This document shows, in pieces, positions 39,900-51,946 of a DNA stretch of 64,000 nucleotides. The position numbers were made by a program, and so were the translations under genes. The number at the start of each line of letters is the position of its first letter. The stretch's first letter is position 1. The stretch spans positions 10,850,001-10,914,000 of the forward strand of contig OZ024756.1 of NCBI GenBank assembly GCA_964016885.1, in the 5' to 3' direction. The notes beneath the pieces are model-generated. The model made no database searches and was not told the origin of the DNA. It worked only from the letters and a program-made list of their open reading frames with translations. Source of the DNA: Eledone cirrhosa. Taxonomy: Eukaryota.

Positions 39900-40460
39900 A
39901 TATTTACCATGCGACTCTCAGTTCCTACCTTACAATTTTCTAGGGTTTCTCTTAGTAGTTTTTTTCATGACGTTATTATTGTTAATTTTACTGATGTAGT
40001 ATTAACTTATTAACTTGGATATTTACCATGCGGTATTCTAATCCTATTGTATCTCTCTCAGTTATTTACCATGCGACCGTCAGTTCCTACCCCCCCCCCT
40101 CTCTATGCACTTCTTTAAGGCTTACTACCCTGTCTTTAACCTAATTCATTCAATCTGAAAATATTGAAGAGATAAGATACTTTCCCATTCTTCTCTGCTA
40201 AAATGTATCACTAGAGCTGATTCCAATTATTCCAGCCATCCATCTAATCTACGAAGGTATTTTAGCCTACATATTGTCGTTAATATTATGATGTTCCCTG
40301 CTGTATTAGCGTTAAATTTTCCCTGCTGTATTAGCGATAAATTTTCTAGGGTTTCTCTTAGTAGTTTTTTTTTTTCATGACGTTATTATTGTTAATTTTA
40401 CTGATGTAGTATTAACTTGGATATTTACCATGCGACTCTCAGTTCCTACCTTACAATTTC
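39900..40460. repeat. Local duplications (~75-bp block x2; ATTTACCATGCG.. x4)
   Basis: 39937-40008 is similar to 40342-40418. The motif recurs at ~39901, 40020, 40064 and 40422. Confidence 0.7.
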
Positions 40461-43400
40461 CCCACCCCCACACACCACCATAGTCTATTCGACCAATCAA
40501 ACCTAGCATGCCATTTCCACTGCTGCTGCTACTACCTGCCTAACTAACTCTCTCCTCCTCTGGCGCATCCCAACACACCCTGCCATTACCCCACCACCAC
40601 TGTTCTTCTAGCCCTCAATTTTCCCACCGTTATGGATGGATGAGCTGGGAATACACGAGCAACTCTGAATCAATAGATGAAATATGAATCTGCGAGCTAC
40701 CAAGCACCCACGTGAAGCGCCAACCCAGAGACCCTCCCCTACGAGTGTCGACAAATGCCCAAAACTCCGAGTTGGTACCATCAATGTAGGCTCAATGAAA
40801 GGAAGAGCAGGAGAAATCGTAGAAATGCTAGAGCGAAAGGAAGTTGATGTATGCTGTGTGCAAGAGACTAGATGGAGAGGAGGGTCTGCTAGAGTCCTTG
40901 TAGGAAAAAGCCAGTGCTACAAATTTTTCTGGGTGGGAAATGACGATGGGATGGGTGGTGTAGGTATACTATTAGATGACAAGTGGGTAGATAAAGTAAT
41001 CTCAGTGTACAGGGTAAATGCAAGAATCATTAAACTCAGACTAGTCCTGAATAAGACAATTACCACAATAATATCAGCTTACGCACCCCAATCGGGGCTG
41101 CCAGACGAACTTAAGGATAGGTTTTACGAGTCCCTAATACACACTACTGCTCTAACAGACGACAAGGACTTCCTAATCATTGCAGGAGATTTTAACGGAC
41201 ACGTAGGTAAACACTGCGACGGCTTCAATAGAGTACATGGAGGCCATGGAGTTGGCACAAGGAATGAGGAAGGATTCAGACTTCTAGAATTCTGCGACGC
41301 CAATGACATGTCGATATGTAACACAAACTTTAAAAAACCCGACAACCACCTGATCACCTATAGATCAGGGGAGCACTCTAGTCAGTTAGATTTTATCCTC
41401 ATCAGAGGACGTGACAGATGGACGGTCGTAAACACAAAAGCCTTCCCTAGTGAGGAATGTACATCCCAACATAGCTTAGTTGTCAGCGACCTCACGGTCA
41501 GAACTAGACGAGCCCTGAAACAGAGGCCAACCTGGAGAAGAAAGATCTGGAAGCTGAAAGTCCCCTCAACCAGTAACAGATTTAAAGATATTTTACTCAA
41601 CGCCTACGACAGTAAAGAAGAACAGATAGAGACATTTAACGTAGAAGAGAACTGGGAGTTCCTAAAAAATAACTTACTAGAGGCGACGGATGAGGTTTGT
41701 GGCTGGAGTAAGACCTCAAGCAGGAGGAGAGTGACTTGGTGGTGGAACAATAAGGTAGATGAAGCAGTCAAGGCCAAGAGACAGGCATGGAAAGAATGGA
41801 AGAACGGGAGGAGCAGGGTACATTACATAGAGACCAAGAGGGAAGCTAGGCGACAAGTATACTTAGCTAGGAGGGAAGCAGAGGATAGAAAATTCAAGCA
41901 TGTTTTACAACGTGAGGACCAGAAACAGGAGGTATTCAAGATTGCGAGGCAGTGTGTCAGAGATAGTTGTGATGTCATTGGAGAGAAGTGTATCCGGAAT
42001 GATAAAGGTGAGCTTGCCCTCACAAGTGCTGAGAAGAAAGATGCATGGAAGAGTCATTATGATAGATTACTAAATGAGGAGAATGCATGGGAAGAAGAGA
42101 CCCTACCCCACGTAGACCCTATAGAGGGACCAGCAGTACAAGTCAGCGGCAGCGTAGTAAGTAAGGCAATCAGAGATATGAAGATAGGGAAGGCAACCGG
42201 TCCATCGGGTATAGCTGCCGAGATGCTGACGGCATCTGGGTCTGTAGGTCACACTATAACCACACGTATCGTTAACCAGGTAATACTAGAGGGGGCCATA
42301 CCAAAAGATTGGTGCAGTAGCATCATTGTCAACTGCTACAAAGGTAAAGGCGATGCACTAGATAGAGGAAACTATAGAGGTATAAAGTTGATGGACCAGG
42401 TCATGAAAGTAACAGAAAGAGTTATAGCACAGCTGATTAGGGACCGGGTGAATATAGACGAGATGCAATTTGGGTTTGTACCAGGGAAAGGCACCACTGG
42501 TGCCCTCTTCCTTGTGAGGCAATTACAGGAAAAGTACCTAGCTAAAAGTAAGCCACTCTACTTGGCATTTGTCGACCTTGAGAAAGCCTTTGACAGAGTT
42601 CCACGTGCAGTAATCTGGTGGGCTCTTAGAAAACTAGGAGTAGATGAATGGCTTGTGAAAGCGGTACAAGCCATGTATAGGGGAGCAGTCAGCAAAGTTA
42701 GGATTGGCAATGAGTATAGCGAGGAATTTAGCGTACAGGTTGGGGTCCACCAGGGCTCTGTTCTTAGCCCTCTCCTGTTCATCATAGTCCTGCAGGCAAT
42801 AACGGAGGAGTTTAAGACCGGATGCCCATGGGAACTCCTGTATGCTGATGACCTCGCACTCATAGCTGAATCTATGGTAGAACTAGAGAATAAATTCCAA
42901 ACCTGGAAGCAGGGACTAGAGAGAAAGGGCCTCAAAGTCAACATGACAAAGACTAAGGTCCTTGTAAGTAGACGAGAAAACAGAACCCAGATCCCCTCAG
43001 GGAAATGGCCTTGCTCAGTATGTAGGAAAGGTGTAGGTAGGAACTCCATTCTCTGCCCCAAATGCAAACAATGGGTACACAAGAGATGTAGCGGGATCTC
43101 AGGAAGCTTAATTAAGAATGTAGGATTCACATGCAGCAGCTGTGCTGAAACAGCAAGCAAACAGCCACAGGAAACAAGTACCACCAATCTCTGGGAGGGC
43201 CCTGTAGAAACAGTAGACAGCTTCTGCTACCTAGGTGACCGAATTAGCAACGGAGGTGGGTGCTCAGAAAGTACAATAACTAGGGTAAGAACGGGATGGA
43301 AGAAGTTTAGGGAACTACTACCACTGCTAGCTGCAAAAGGCTTCTCCCTCAGAATGAAAGGCAGACTGTATGATGCGTGTATCCGAACAGCGATGTTGCA

Positions 43401-44103
43401 TGGTAGTGAGACCTGGGCGCTGAAGGTGGAAGACTTACGTAGATTAGAGAGAAACGAAGCCTGCATGCTCCGATGGATGTCTAACAGTAATATACGTGAA
43501 CGACAAAGCATAAAGGAATTGAGAGAGAGACTGAGCATAAGAGGAATCAAATGCTGCGTGCAGGAGAGGCGGTTACGCTGGTATGGACATGTGATGCGTA
43601 TGAAGGATGACAGCTGCATAAAAAGGTGCAGAGCACTAGAAGTTGATGGAAACCGCGGAGTGGGGAGACCCAAGATGACTTGGGATGAGGTGATAAAAGC
43701 CGACCTTACCCAACTACACCTCTCAAAGTCAATGACACACGACCGTGACTTCTGGCGTCACGCAGTAATACATGGTACCCGACCTCCCATGGGTACATGC
43801 TGAAGCATATAAACAATATGCCCCCCACCCCCCACCGCAAGGTGGCCGTGGAGGTGCCACGGCAAAAAAGCACCCAGCCCACACTGTAAAGTGGACGTGT
43901 AGGCGCCACGAAAAAGCACCCAGCACTCACTGTAAATGAGGTTGGTGTTAGGAAGGGCATCCAGCTGTAGAAATCAAGCCAGATCAGTTCCTGTATGAGC
44001 AAGGCATGGTCAGCCGACCAGACACTGCCCACAACAGGACAACCCGTCTAACCCATGCTAGCGTGGAAGAACGGACGTAAAACGGTGATGATGATGATGA
44101 TGA
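40460..44103 (+). mobile_element. Full-length RTE-clade LINE
   Basis: Single APE-RT ORF, ~300-nt 3' UTR ending in (GAT)n, truncated relatives elsewhere in the window. 5' boundary uncertain. Confidence 0.92.
40684..43803 (+). CDS. RTE-clade APE endonuclease-reverse transcriptase with a C4HC3 PHD-like finger (1039 aa, intact)
   Basis: APE: GTINVG, QETRW, SAYAPQ, AGDFNGH, LDFIL, SQHSLV. RT: YRGIKL, QFGF, DLEKAFD, QGSVLSPLLF, LLYADD. RTE C-terminus RRLRWYGHVMR..GRPK.TW. Confidence 0.95.
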   Translation: MNLRATKHPREAPTQRPSPTSVDKCPKLRVGTINVGSMKGRAGEIVEMLERKEVDVCCVQETRWRGGSARVLVGKSQCYKFFWVGNDDGMGGVGILLDDKWVDKVISVYRVNARIIKLRLVLNKTITTIISAYAPQSGLPDELKDRFYESLIHTTALTDDKDFLIIAGDFNGHVGKHCDGFNRVHGGHGVGTRNEEGFRLLEFCDANDMSICNTNFKKPDNHLITYRSGEHSSQLDFILIRGRDRWTVVNTKAFPSEECTSQHSLVVSDLTVRTRRALKQRPTWRRKIWKLKVPSTSNRFKDILLNAYDSKEEQIETFNVEENWEFLKNNLLEATDEVCGWSKTSSRRRVTWWWNNKVDEAVKAKRQAWKEWKNGRSRVHYIETKREARRQVYLARREAEDRKFKHVLQREDQKQEVFKIARQCVRDSCDVIGEKCIRNDKGELALTSAEKKDAWKSHYDRLLNEENAWEEETLPHVDPIEGPAVQVSGSVVSKAIRDMKIGKATGPSGIAAEMLTASGSVGHTITTRIVNQVILEGAIPKDWCSSIIVNCYKGKGDALDRGNYRGIKLMDQVMKVTERVIAQLIRDRVNIDEMQFGFVPGKGTTGALFLVRQLQEKYLAKSKPLYLAFVDLEKAFDRVPRAVIWWALRKLGVDEWLVKAVQAMYRGAVSKVRIGNEYSEEFSVQVGVHQGSVLSPLLFIIVLQAITEEFKTGCPWELLYADDLALIAESMVELENKFQTWKQGLERKGLKVNMTKTKVLVSRRENRTQIPSGKWPCSVCRKGVGRNSILCPKCKQWVHKRCSGISGSLIKNVGFTCSSCAETASKQPQETSTTNLWEGPVETVDSFCYLGDRISNGGGCSESTITRVRTGWKKFRELLPLLAAKGFSLRMKGRLYDACIRTAMLHGSETWALKVEDLRRLERNEACMLRWMSNSNIRERQSIKELRERLSIRGIKCCVQERRLRWYGHVMRMKDDSCIKRCRALEVDGNRGVGRPKMTWDEVIKADLTQLHLSKSMTHDRDFWRHAVIHGTRPPMGTC

Positions 44104-44429
44104 TATATATATATATATAATTGGTGTTGGATGCTTAAAGCGTCCGTATGCGATAGACCATTTGAGCACTCAATGCTCTCATAGAGCAGAGTATGACATC
44201 ACAGAAAAAAAGAGAATCAGTGTTGCGATGAATGGAATTTATTGGACATATTACAATCGTTTCTCTGGCAAGCAGCTCGAGGCACGATCGATGTGATGAT
44301 CGAACCTGACTCTGAAAATCACAAGGTCCTCAGATACGTTTTGATTCTACGAAGCAGATTTTCCTGTTATATATATATATATATATATACGATATTAATA
44401 AATGGAAACTATATTTATAAAACCATATT

Positions 44430-44494
44430 TATTTCATTATACATATTTCAGGGATACCAAATTAAAATATGGTATGCCTTCATCAGACAAAATA
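44430..44494 (-). ncRNA. Minimal type I hammerhead motif in a PLE-like terminal repeat (~44385-44660)
   Basis: UAUUUUGU-CUGAUGA-AGG.AUACCA/UGGUAU.CCU-GAA-AUAUGUAU-A-AUGAAAUA. Confidence 0.68.
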
Positions 44495-44662
44495 CAATAT
44501 ATAAACAGTTTTATAAATAATTTTGACGTACCTTATTAAATGCAACCATTATTTTTGGAAGCTGTCTGGATATCGTATATCTACTCCAAAAACTTGTCGA
44601 GTGCTTTATATCAGTTATAAAATATTTACTTGTTATATCCCAACAATTTTAAATAGAACTTT

Positions 44663-44708
<46 letters not shown>

Positions 44709-44712
<4 letters not shown>

Positions 44713-45077
44713 CCGTGACTTCTGGCGTCACGCAGTAATACAGGGTACCCGACCTCCCATGGGTACATGCTGAAGCATATAAACAATATGCCCCCCCCCC
44801 CCCCCACCGCAAGGTGGTCGTGGAGGTGCCACGGCAAAAAAGCACCCAGCCCACACTGTAAAGTGGACGTGTAGGCGCCACGAAAAAGCACCCAGCACTC
44901 ACTGTAAATGAGGTTGGTGTTAGGAAGGGCATCCAGCTGTAGAAATCAAGCCAGATCAGTTCCTGTATGAGCAAGGCATGGTCAGCCGACCAGACACTGC
45001 CCACAACAGGACAACCCGTCTAACCCATGCTAGCGTGGAAGAACGGACGTAAAACGGTGATGATGATGATGATGATG
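44709..45077 (+). mobile_element. 5'-truncated copy of the RTE 3' end
   Basis: Nearly identical to 43740-44103. Confidence 0.93.
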
Positions 45078-45084
45078 ACTGATT

Positions 45085-45397
45085 AGTGTTCAGAGCCATT
45101 TTCAGGATGAAAAACTCAGAGCTGTATGGGAGCCTCCCAAAAGTCACCTCAAAAGTGACACAGAGAAGACTGAGGTTAGCTGGACATGCTCACCGACATC
45201 CAAAGTTGACATTGCACTCAGTGCTCCTGTGGGAGCCCCTACATGGACACACTGGAAGAGGAAGACCAAGGTTAACGTATGTTGATGCCCTAAGGGCAGA
45301 CACTGGTCTGTTGGAGACGCAGGACATGGCAGCGATAATGAGGGACAGAGACCGCTGGAGAGAACTCGTCCATGGATCTCAGGAATCTTACCCCCCC
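45085..45397 (+). mobile_element. C-terminal fragment of another RTE-like LINE
   Basis: ELYGSLPKVT..RRLRLAGH..LLWEP..RGRPRLTYVD. Confidence 0.7.
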
Positions 45398-45624
45398 TAT
45401 ATATATATATATATATATAAAATATTAAACAAATAATGAATAAAACAATGAAACAGTTCCTTATATTAAACAAAAAAAGTTCATTATTTAACGATCATTT
45501 CTAGGATATATATGTGTTAGAATTGGCATGCATATTCAACAGATCTATGTACAAAATTATACAAAATTATACAAACTATCAAGATTAAATATACATACCA
45601 AACACACATATACGCCGTCTTCAG

Positions 45625-45667
<43 letters not shown>

Positions 45668-45705
45668 ATATTAATAAATGGAAACTATATTTATAAAACC
45701 ATAAT

Positions 45706-45770
45706 TATTTTATTATATATATTTCAAGGGAACCAAGGCAAATTTTGGTGCGCTTTCATCAGATAAAATA
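45706..45770 (-). ncRNA. Minimal type I hammerhead motif, paralogue of 44430-44494
   Basis: Perfect 8-bp stem I UAUUUUAU/AUAAAAUA, CUGAUGA, ACCAA/UUGGU stem II, GAA-AUAUAUAU-A. Confidence 0.65.
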
Positions 45771-46329
45771 CAAAATTTGTTTTATAAATGTTGACATACC
45801 CTTGGAAAAACAACCTTGACGTATATGTTTTAACAGGTATACATTATATGTAGACATATTCCAGATATTTACATGATACTATCTTAAATAGTAAAAATTA
45901 TACATATGAGTATGCCAGCTTGGAAAACGGACATTAAATAATGATGATGTATATAAATGTATATATGTATAAATGTATATATGTATATGTATGTACAGTA
46001 GATGCATATGTATATGTGGATGTATATGTGTGAGTTATGCTTTTATATATATTACACACACATACACACAAGTTATTGTAAGATGCATATAAATGAGTAT
46101 ATATATATATATATACAGTAATATGTATATGTGTGTGTGTGTTTGTTATACTTATATACATATATTACAAACACACAGACATAAACAGACACAAGGTTTC
46201 ACCAAGGTTTCATCGCCTGCACTCATGTTCAAGATATTTCCATAATGTTCTCTTAAATACTAAAGACAACAGAGACAAATGTGACATTCCCTCACTTAAC
46301 ATCTTCTACAATGATATACCTATCTATCC

Positions 46330-46383
<54 letters not shown>

Positions 46384-46420
46384 TTATCTATCTATCTATC
46401 TACCTATTTATCTATCTATC

Positions 46421-47600
46421 TATCAACACCCTTCGAAAGGAGGGCTGGGGATGCCGTGGCTAATGATGCGTAAACACGCATTAAGGCTACGGCACCTCTA
46501 CGTATTCCTCACCGGACAACCGGTGTGGGCCTCGTTTGTGAGACGAACCTTTCCCAGACTCGTCTCACTCACCGAGCTGCAATCCTGGGTCAAGCAAAGA
46601 CCGAGAAAACTGGGCGCCTGGCACACTGAGTGTGCCCAGGCGCTCACCGCCCTCTGGCAGGCGGATCCGGTTATCAGTGGAGACTCCACCGCAACATTCT
46701 ATAGAGGGCTGGTACGCAGCAGGTGCGACGACGCCCTCGGAGAAGCCCTAGACATGGAGGAGGACGAACTGGCCAGCCTGTTCGGTAGGACATTCAGCCC
46801 GGGACCTATGGACAACTTCCAGAAGTCCCTGGCCTGGCAGTGCTACCGAGGGGCTTTACCCGTTCGAGAAAGGCTCTACAGACACGGGCGCCCGGGTAGG
46901 GACCCCGCCAAAAAGATCTGTCCCAGATGCGTGTGCGACGAGGAAACCGTTGCACACGCATTAGTACACTGCTCGGGCGTAGCCGATCTGTGGGGCTATG
47001 TCGAACAACTGCTGTCAAGGGTGGGACCGATCCGGTTGACCACCGAGTCTATTGTAATGATCAAGCCGCCTCCCCCCTTCAAAGATGAAGCAGAGGCGGT
47101 GTTTCTGTGCGTAATAGCCATGGCGAAAGAGGTTGTATGGTGGACGCGTCTGAAAGGACTGAGGTCGGGCACCTTTCTCTCTGGCCAACAACTGGTCCGT
47201 TTCTTCCGATATCATTTCGGAAGAAGGATCAGGATGGAGAGAGAGGTGCTGCACCCCAGCCGTTTCTATGAAAGATGGGTGAAAGTGGCGAGAATGGCCC
47301 GTGTGAATGGGCCTTCACTCTACATCAGACTATAGGTGAGGAAGATGAAAGACCAAGGGAGCACCCCTTCTCTGTGCTCCTGAGGAGAAGGGTTGCACAC
47401 TTTTTTCGGGGGTGTGTGCGACCCCCCAAGGCGCCTCCTCTCTATTGAGGATTTTGTTAAAAATTTTATTTTTTGTTATATCTTATTTTATTTTTATATT
47501 TTGTTATTGCCTCCTCCTTATTGAGGACGCCTTTTTGTGTAAACTCCCCCCTTTGTACTTGTCCCACTTTTGATGCCCCAGTGGCAAATAAAAGAAATAT
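46421..47600 (+). mobile_element. 5'-truncated Tx1/L1-like copy in (ATCT)n
   Basis: Essentially identical to 50752-51930, flanked by (ATCT)n on both sides. Confidence 0.93.
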
Positions 47601-47623
47601 ATCTATCTATCTACCTATCTATC

Positions 47624-47689
<66 letters not shown>

Positions 47690-47719
47690 CCTATCTATCT
47701 ATCTATCTATCTATCTATC

Positions 47720-47955
47720 AACTAATTTTTTTAATTGCATTTGTGATATCATTTTACACGTTTTTATTGTATGTAAACTTCCCCCTTTGTATTTGTCCCC
47801 TTCTTTTGTGCCCCTATGGCTAATAAAGAAACATATCTATCGACTAATTTTTTAAATTGCATTTGTGATAACATTCTACACGTTTTTATTGTATGTAAAC
47901 TTCCCCCTTTGTATTTGTTCCCTTCTTTTGTGCCCCTGTGGCTAATAAAGGAACA
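47720..47955 (+). mobile_element. Two short 3'-end fragments of a related Tx1-like subfamily
   Basis: Each ends GTGCCCCT(A/G)TGGCTAATAAAG(A/G)AAC+(ATCT)n. Confidence 0.8.
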
Positions 47956-47988
<33 letters not shown>

Positions 47989-47989
<1 letters not shown>

Positions 47990-50900
47990 AGAGGACGTGG
48001 GTCCCCCCTGCGTCGGGCCCATTAACCGAGTCCTCCTAAAAAACTATCCCACCCCCTCCCCAAACACCCTCACAACTCCAAGCTCCCCAACCACACAACA
48101 CACTGATGCCCCCACACTTCCACAAACCACCACCCCACCCAACAACCCATCCCCCACCCTAATGGAAATTGTGCAGCCCGATAGCCGGGACGCAGAGAGG
48201 TAAGTGCCTTTTCTCTTCACCACCAACATGGCTATGCTAAGAGTAGGCTGTTTAAATGCGCGTGGCCTGGGCTCAACTTGGAAGCAAGCAATGCTTCTAA
48301 ATGACCTCAGGTCACAACGTATAGATGTGATGGTTATTTGCGAGGCCCGGATCAGCAGCGTGCGACAGCTGGCCCCCACCTTTGATGACTTTGAGATGCA
48401 CGCATCTCTCTGTCAGCCTGGAGGTGGGGGTGGAGTTGTCGTTCTGCTGCAAAAACATCTGGGTCTCGCAACACAGATGGTACATTTGGACCCGGAGGGT
48501 CGACTAGTGGTTCTGGACCTTGGCAGTGGTAAAGGCGGAGCGTTTAGGTTGGTAGCCGCCTACGGCCCTTTCGGGTCAATGCGGCCGGACTTCTTCCATC
48601 GTCTGGAGACTTTTCTAGGGACGTCCCGCTCCTTGCTATTAGTGGGGGACTGGAATGGTATCCTAGATGCACGCTGGGACTACGTAGGGGCCTGCCCCGA
48701 TAGAGAGGGGTGTAATAGCCTCAAAGGGTTAATCGGTCGATTTGACCTGGCCGATAGATATCGACTAGATTTTCCGACTGCGCCAACCTGGACTTGGGCA
48801 AATCGTAGCGGATCATCTAGGTCGTACCTAGATAGGTTCTTAGTTAGAATTAAGGATAAGGACTTTTTAAGTTGTCCAAAAATGCGCATTGTTGGCTATT
48901 CAGACCACAAATTAGTGACCTGCATGGTCAACCTTGACAGAACTCATAGACAGGGCCCCGGTTACTGGAAGCTCAACTTGTCCTTGCCGGCAAGTAGAGC
49001 CTACAGGAATCGGATTAGTACGTTAGTTAAGGAACGGTTGACTGGAGCGATCGTCAACAGCAGGTGGTGGGTATCTCTAAAGAGAGAGATTAGAGTAGTC
49101 TCGATAGAATTTAGTAAGGTTCTAGCTGCGGATAGGAATAGGAAGGAAAGGGAGCTAATAGATAGAGTAGAAGAGGCAATTAGAAGCGGCGACGTGGCCA
49201 GAGTGCTAGCGTCGAGAACGGCTTTGAGCCAGTTTTTCGACGCGAAGCACGAAGGCTGCGTTGTCCGAAGTAAAATACGTGCTCTAGGGAACGAGGGGAC
49301 CAAAGCTGTTAGCTGGGCCCGCGTGACAGAGGCCAACAGTGGAACTAAATCCACCATCCGGTCTTTGCGAGACCTGGATGGACGGGCGATTCTTGAGCCT
49401 AAGCAGATGTGTGAGGCCTTTCAAAGGCACTTTGCCCGACTGTTCGGGAGGGGCGGGGAGCCGGTTGGGAACGTGGACTTCGGTCCATACCTCGACGGCC
49501 TGCCGCGCCTCTCGGACAGGGAGGCGAAGTCCTGCGAGGAGCCGATTTCGGCCGCTGAGATAGAGGACGTGCTGAGCCAATGCGGCAAACGCAAATCCCC
49601 GGGTCTCGATGGTCTTCCTTACGAATTATATCTAGCTATGCCGGACTTGTTCCCCGATCTCCTCGAGGCGGTCTACTGCAACTGGCAACAGAACGGGAGA
49701 ATTCCCTGTACTGTGACCAAGGGCGTAGTCACGCTAGTGAGGAAGGACGAGAACAAGGGGGACGAAATAAGTAACTTCAGGCCCATAACACTGCTAAATA
49801 CAGAGTTACAGATTTTGGCCAAGGTGCTAGCAAAGAGGTTGGCGCTTGTCGTGGGCAACCTGGTGGGAGATGCGCAGACATGCGCTATCCCGTCCAGGTC
49901 CATCCATGACAACCTCCACCTCATGCGATACATCATAGAGAGGGTTGGGAACGAACCCGGCTTTGGTGGGGCTCTGATCAACTTGGATCAATCTAAGGCG
50001 TTCGATAGGGTCGACCATGGCTACCTGGATGCGGTGCTAGCGGCGGCAGGCTTCGGAGCCGTTTTCAGGGGCTGGATCACTGCTATGCACAGCAGCCGCA
50101 TCTGCTCTAGGGTCAAGGTGAACGGCTACCTCTCGGAGCCGTTCAAAATCGCGCGGTCCATCCGACAAGGGTGCCCTCTCTCCTCCCTTCTGTATGTATT
50201 GACTCTCGAGCCACTACTGCGGAAGTTGGAGTTGTTGCAGGGCATCCCTTTGGAACCGGGATTGCGGAAAGCGGTGTCGGCCTACGCCGATGACGTGACA
50301 GTAATGGTGTCGACGGCCTCCGAAATCGAGGCGGTCGGCACCTTACTGGAGGAGTACGAAAAGTTCACAGGGGCTAAGCTGAACCGGGACAAGTCGATCG
50401 GTTTGCAACTCGGCACGTGGAGGGGCAGACCGATGCCCTCCGATAGCGTCGTCGGACGCTGGACGGAGGGCCCGGTGAAGTTGCTCGGGGTCTGGTTCGG
50501 ACCGGACCTCCAGGTGGAGAAAAACTGGGCGGAGGTTACGAACAGAGTGTTTGCACTGACCCAGAAGTGGGCCAGTTGCAAACTATCCCTGAAAGGTCGG
50601 GCGGAGGTGGCGAACACCTACATAGCGTCCGTCATCTACTACCGCCTGACCGTAGTGCCCTGCCCAAGGGAAACCCTCACCAAGATGGAGCGCGCGCTCT
50701 TCCAATTCCTTTGGAAGAGGCGGGCTCCTATGGTGAGGAGATCCATCTGCTGTCAACACCCTTCGAAAGGAGGGCTGGGGATGCCGTGGCTAATGATGCG
50801 TAAACACGCATTAAGGCTACGGCACCTCTACGTATTCCTCACCGGACAACCGGTGTGGGCCTCGTTTGTGAGACGAACCTTTCCCAGACTCGTCTCACTC

Positions 50901-51930
50901 ACCGAGCTGCAATCCTGGGTCAAGCAAAGACCGAGAAAACTGGGCGCCTGGCACACTGAGTGTGCCCAGGCGCTCACCGCCCTCTGGCAGGCGGATCCGG
51001 TTATCAGTGGAGACTCCACCGCAACATTCTATAGAGGGCTGGTACGCAGCAGGTGCGACGACGCCCTCGGAGAAGCCCTAGACATGGAGGAGGACGAACT
51101 GGCCAGCCTTTTCGGTAGGACATTCAGCCCGGGACCTATGGACAACTTCCAGAAGTCCCTGGCCTGGCAGTGCTACCGAGGGGCTTTACCCGTTCGAGAA
51201 AGGCTCTACAGACACGGGCGCCCGGGTAGGGACCCCGCCAAAAAGATCTGTCCCAGATGCGTGTGCGACGAGGAAACCGTTGCACACGCATTAGTACACT
51301 GCTCGGGCGTAGCCGATCTGTGGGGCTATGTCGAACAACTGCTGTCAAGGGTGGGACCGATCCGGTTGACCACCGAGTCTATTGTAATGATCAAGCCGCC
51401 TCCCCCCTTCAAAGATGAAGCAGAGGCGGTGTTTCTGTGCGTAATAGCCATGGCGAAAGAGGTTGTATGGTGGACGCGTCTGAAAGGACTGAGGTCGGGC
51501 ACCTTTCTCTCTGGCCAACAACTGGTCCGTTTCTTCCGATATCATTTCGGAAGAAGGATCAGGATGGAGAGAGAGGTGCTGCACCCCAGCCGTTTCTATG
51601 AAAGATGGGTGAAAGTGGCGAGAATGGCCCGTGTGAATGGGCCTTCACTCTACATCAGACTATAGGTGAGGAAGATGAAAGACCAAGGGAGCACCCCTTC
51701 TCTGTGCTCCTGAGGAGAAGGGTTGCACACTTTTTTCGGGGGTGTGTGCGACCCCCCAAGGCGCCTCCTCTCTATTGAGGATTTTGTTAAAAATGTTATT
51801 TTTTGTTATATCTTATTTTATTTTTATATTTTGTTATTGCCTCCTCCTTATTGAGGACGCCTTTTTGTGTAAACTCCCCCCTTTGTACTTGTCCCACTTT
51901 TGATGCCCTAGTGGCAAATAAAAGAAATAT
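47989..51930 (+). mobile_element. Tx1/L1-clade element truncated within ORF1, inserted in (ATCT)n
   Basis: Probable ORF1 tail ends at TAA 48201-48203, ORF2 is intact, 3' UTR ends GGCAAATAAAAGAAAT+(ATCT)n, (ATCT)n also upstream. Confidence 0.92.
48228..51665 (+). CDS. Tx1/L1-like ORF2: APE endonuclease, RT and C-terminal CCHC knuckle (intact)
   Basis: LNARGL, GDWN, YLDRFLV, YSDH, GPGYWKLN, KSPGLDG, FRPITLLN, DQSKAFD, RQGCPLS, AYADD, GGLG, CPRC..H..C. First ATG at 48228 (the track starts at GTG 48204). Confidence 0.93.
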   Translation: MAMLRVGCLNARGLGSTWKQAMLLNDLRSQRIDVMVICEARISSVRQLAPTFDDFEMHASLCQPGGGGGVVVLLQKHLGLATQMVHLDPEGRLVVLDLGSGKGGAFRLVAAYGPFGSMRPDFFHRLETFLGTSRSLLLVGDWNGILDARWDYVGACPDREGCNSLKGLIGRFDLADRYRLDFPTAPTWTWANRSGSSRSYLDRFLVRIKDKDFLSCPKMRIVGYSDHKLVTCMVNLDRTHRQGPGYWKLNLSLPASRAYRNRISTLVKERLTGAIVNSRWWVSLKREIRVVSIEFSKVLAADRNRKERELIDRVEEAIRSGDVARVLASRTALSQFFDAKHEGCVVRSKIRALGNEGTKAVSWARVTEANSGTKSTIRSLRDLDGRAILEPKQMCEAFQRHFARLFGRGGEPVGNVDFGPYLDGLPRLSDREAKSCEEPISAAEIEDVLSQCGKRKSPGLDGLPYELYLAMPDLFPDLLEAVYCNWQQNGRIPCTVTKGVVTLVRKDENKGDEISNFRPITLLNTELQILAKVLAKRLALVVGNLVGDAQTCAIPSRSIHDNLHLMRYIIERVGNEPGFGGALINLDQSKAFDRVDHGYLDAVLAAAGFGAVFRGWITAMHSSRICSRVKVNGYLSEPFKIARSIRQGCPLSSLLYVLTLEPLLRKLELLQGIPLEPGLRKAVSAYADDVTVMVSTASEIEAVGTLLEEYEKFTGAKLNRDKSIGLQLGTWRGRPMPSDSVVGRWTEGPVKLLGVWFGPDLQVEKNWAEVTNRVFALTQKWASCKLSLKGRAEVANTYIASVIYYRLTVVPCPRETLTKMERALFQFLWKRRAPMVRRSICCQHPSKGGLGMPWLMMRKHALRLRHLYVFLTGQPVWASFVRRTFPRLVSLTELQSWVKQRPRKLGAWHTECAQALTALWQADPVISGDSTATFYRGLVRSRCDDALGEALDMEEDELASLFGRTFSPGPMDNFQKSLAWQCYRGALPVRERLYRHGRPGRDPAKKICPRCVCDEETVAHALVHCSGVADLWGYVEQLLSRVGPIRLTTESIVMIKPPPPFKDEAEAVFLCVIAMAKEVVWWTRLKGLRSGTFLSGQQLVRFFRYHFGRRIRMEREVLHPSRFYERWVKVARMARVNGPSLYIRL

Positions 51931-51946
51931 ATCTATCTATCTATCT

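Noticed and set aside
46133-46420. N-terminal extension of the 400-aa ORF
   Set aside because: Chance in-frame fusion of flank and (ATCT)n to a truncated Tx1 copy.
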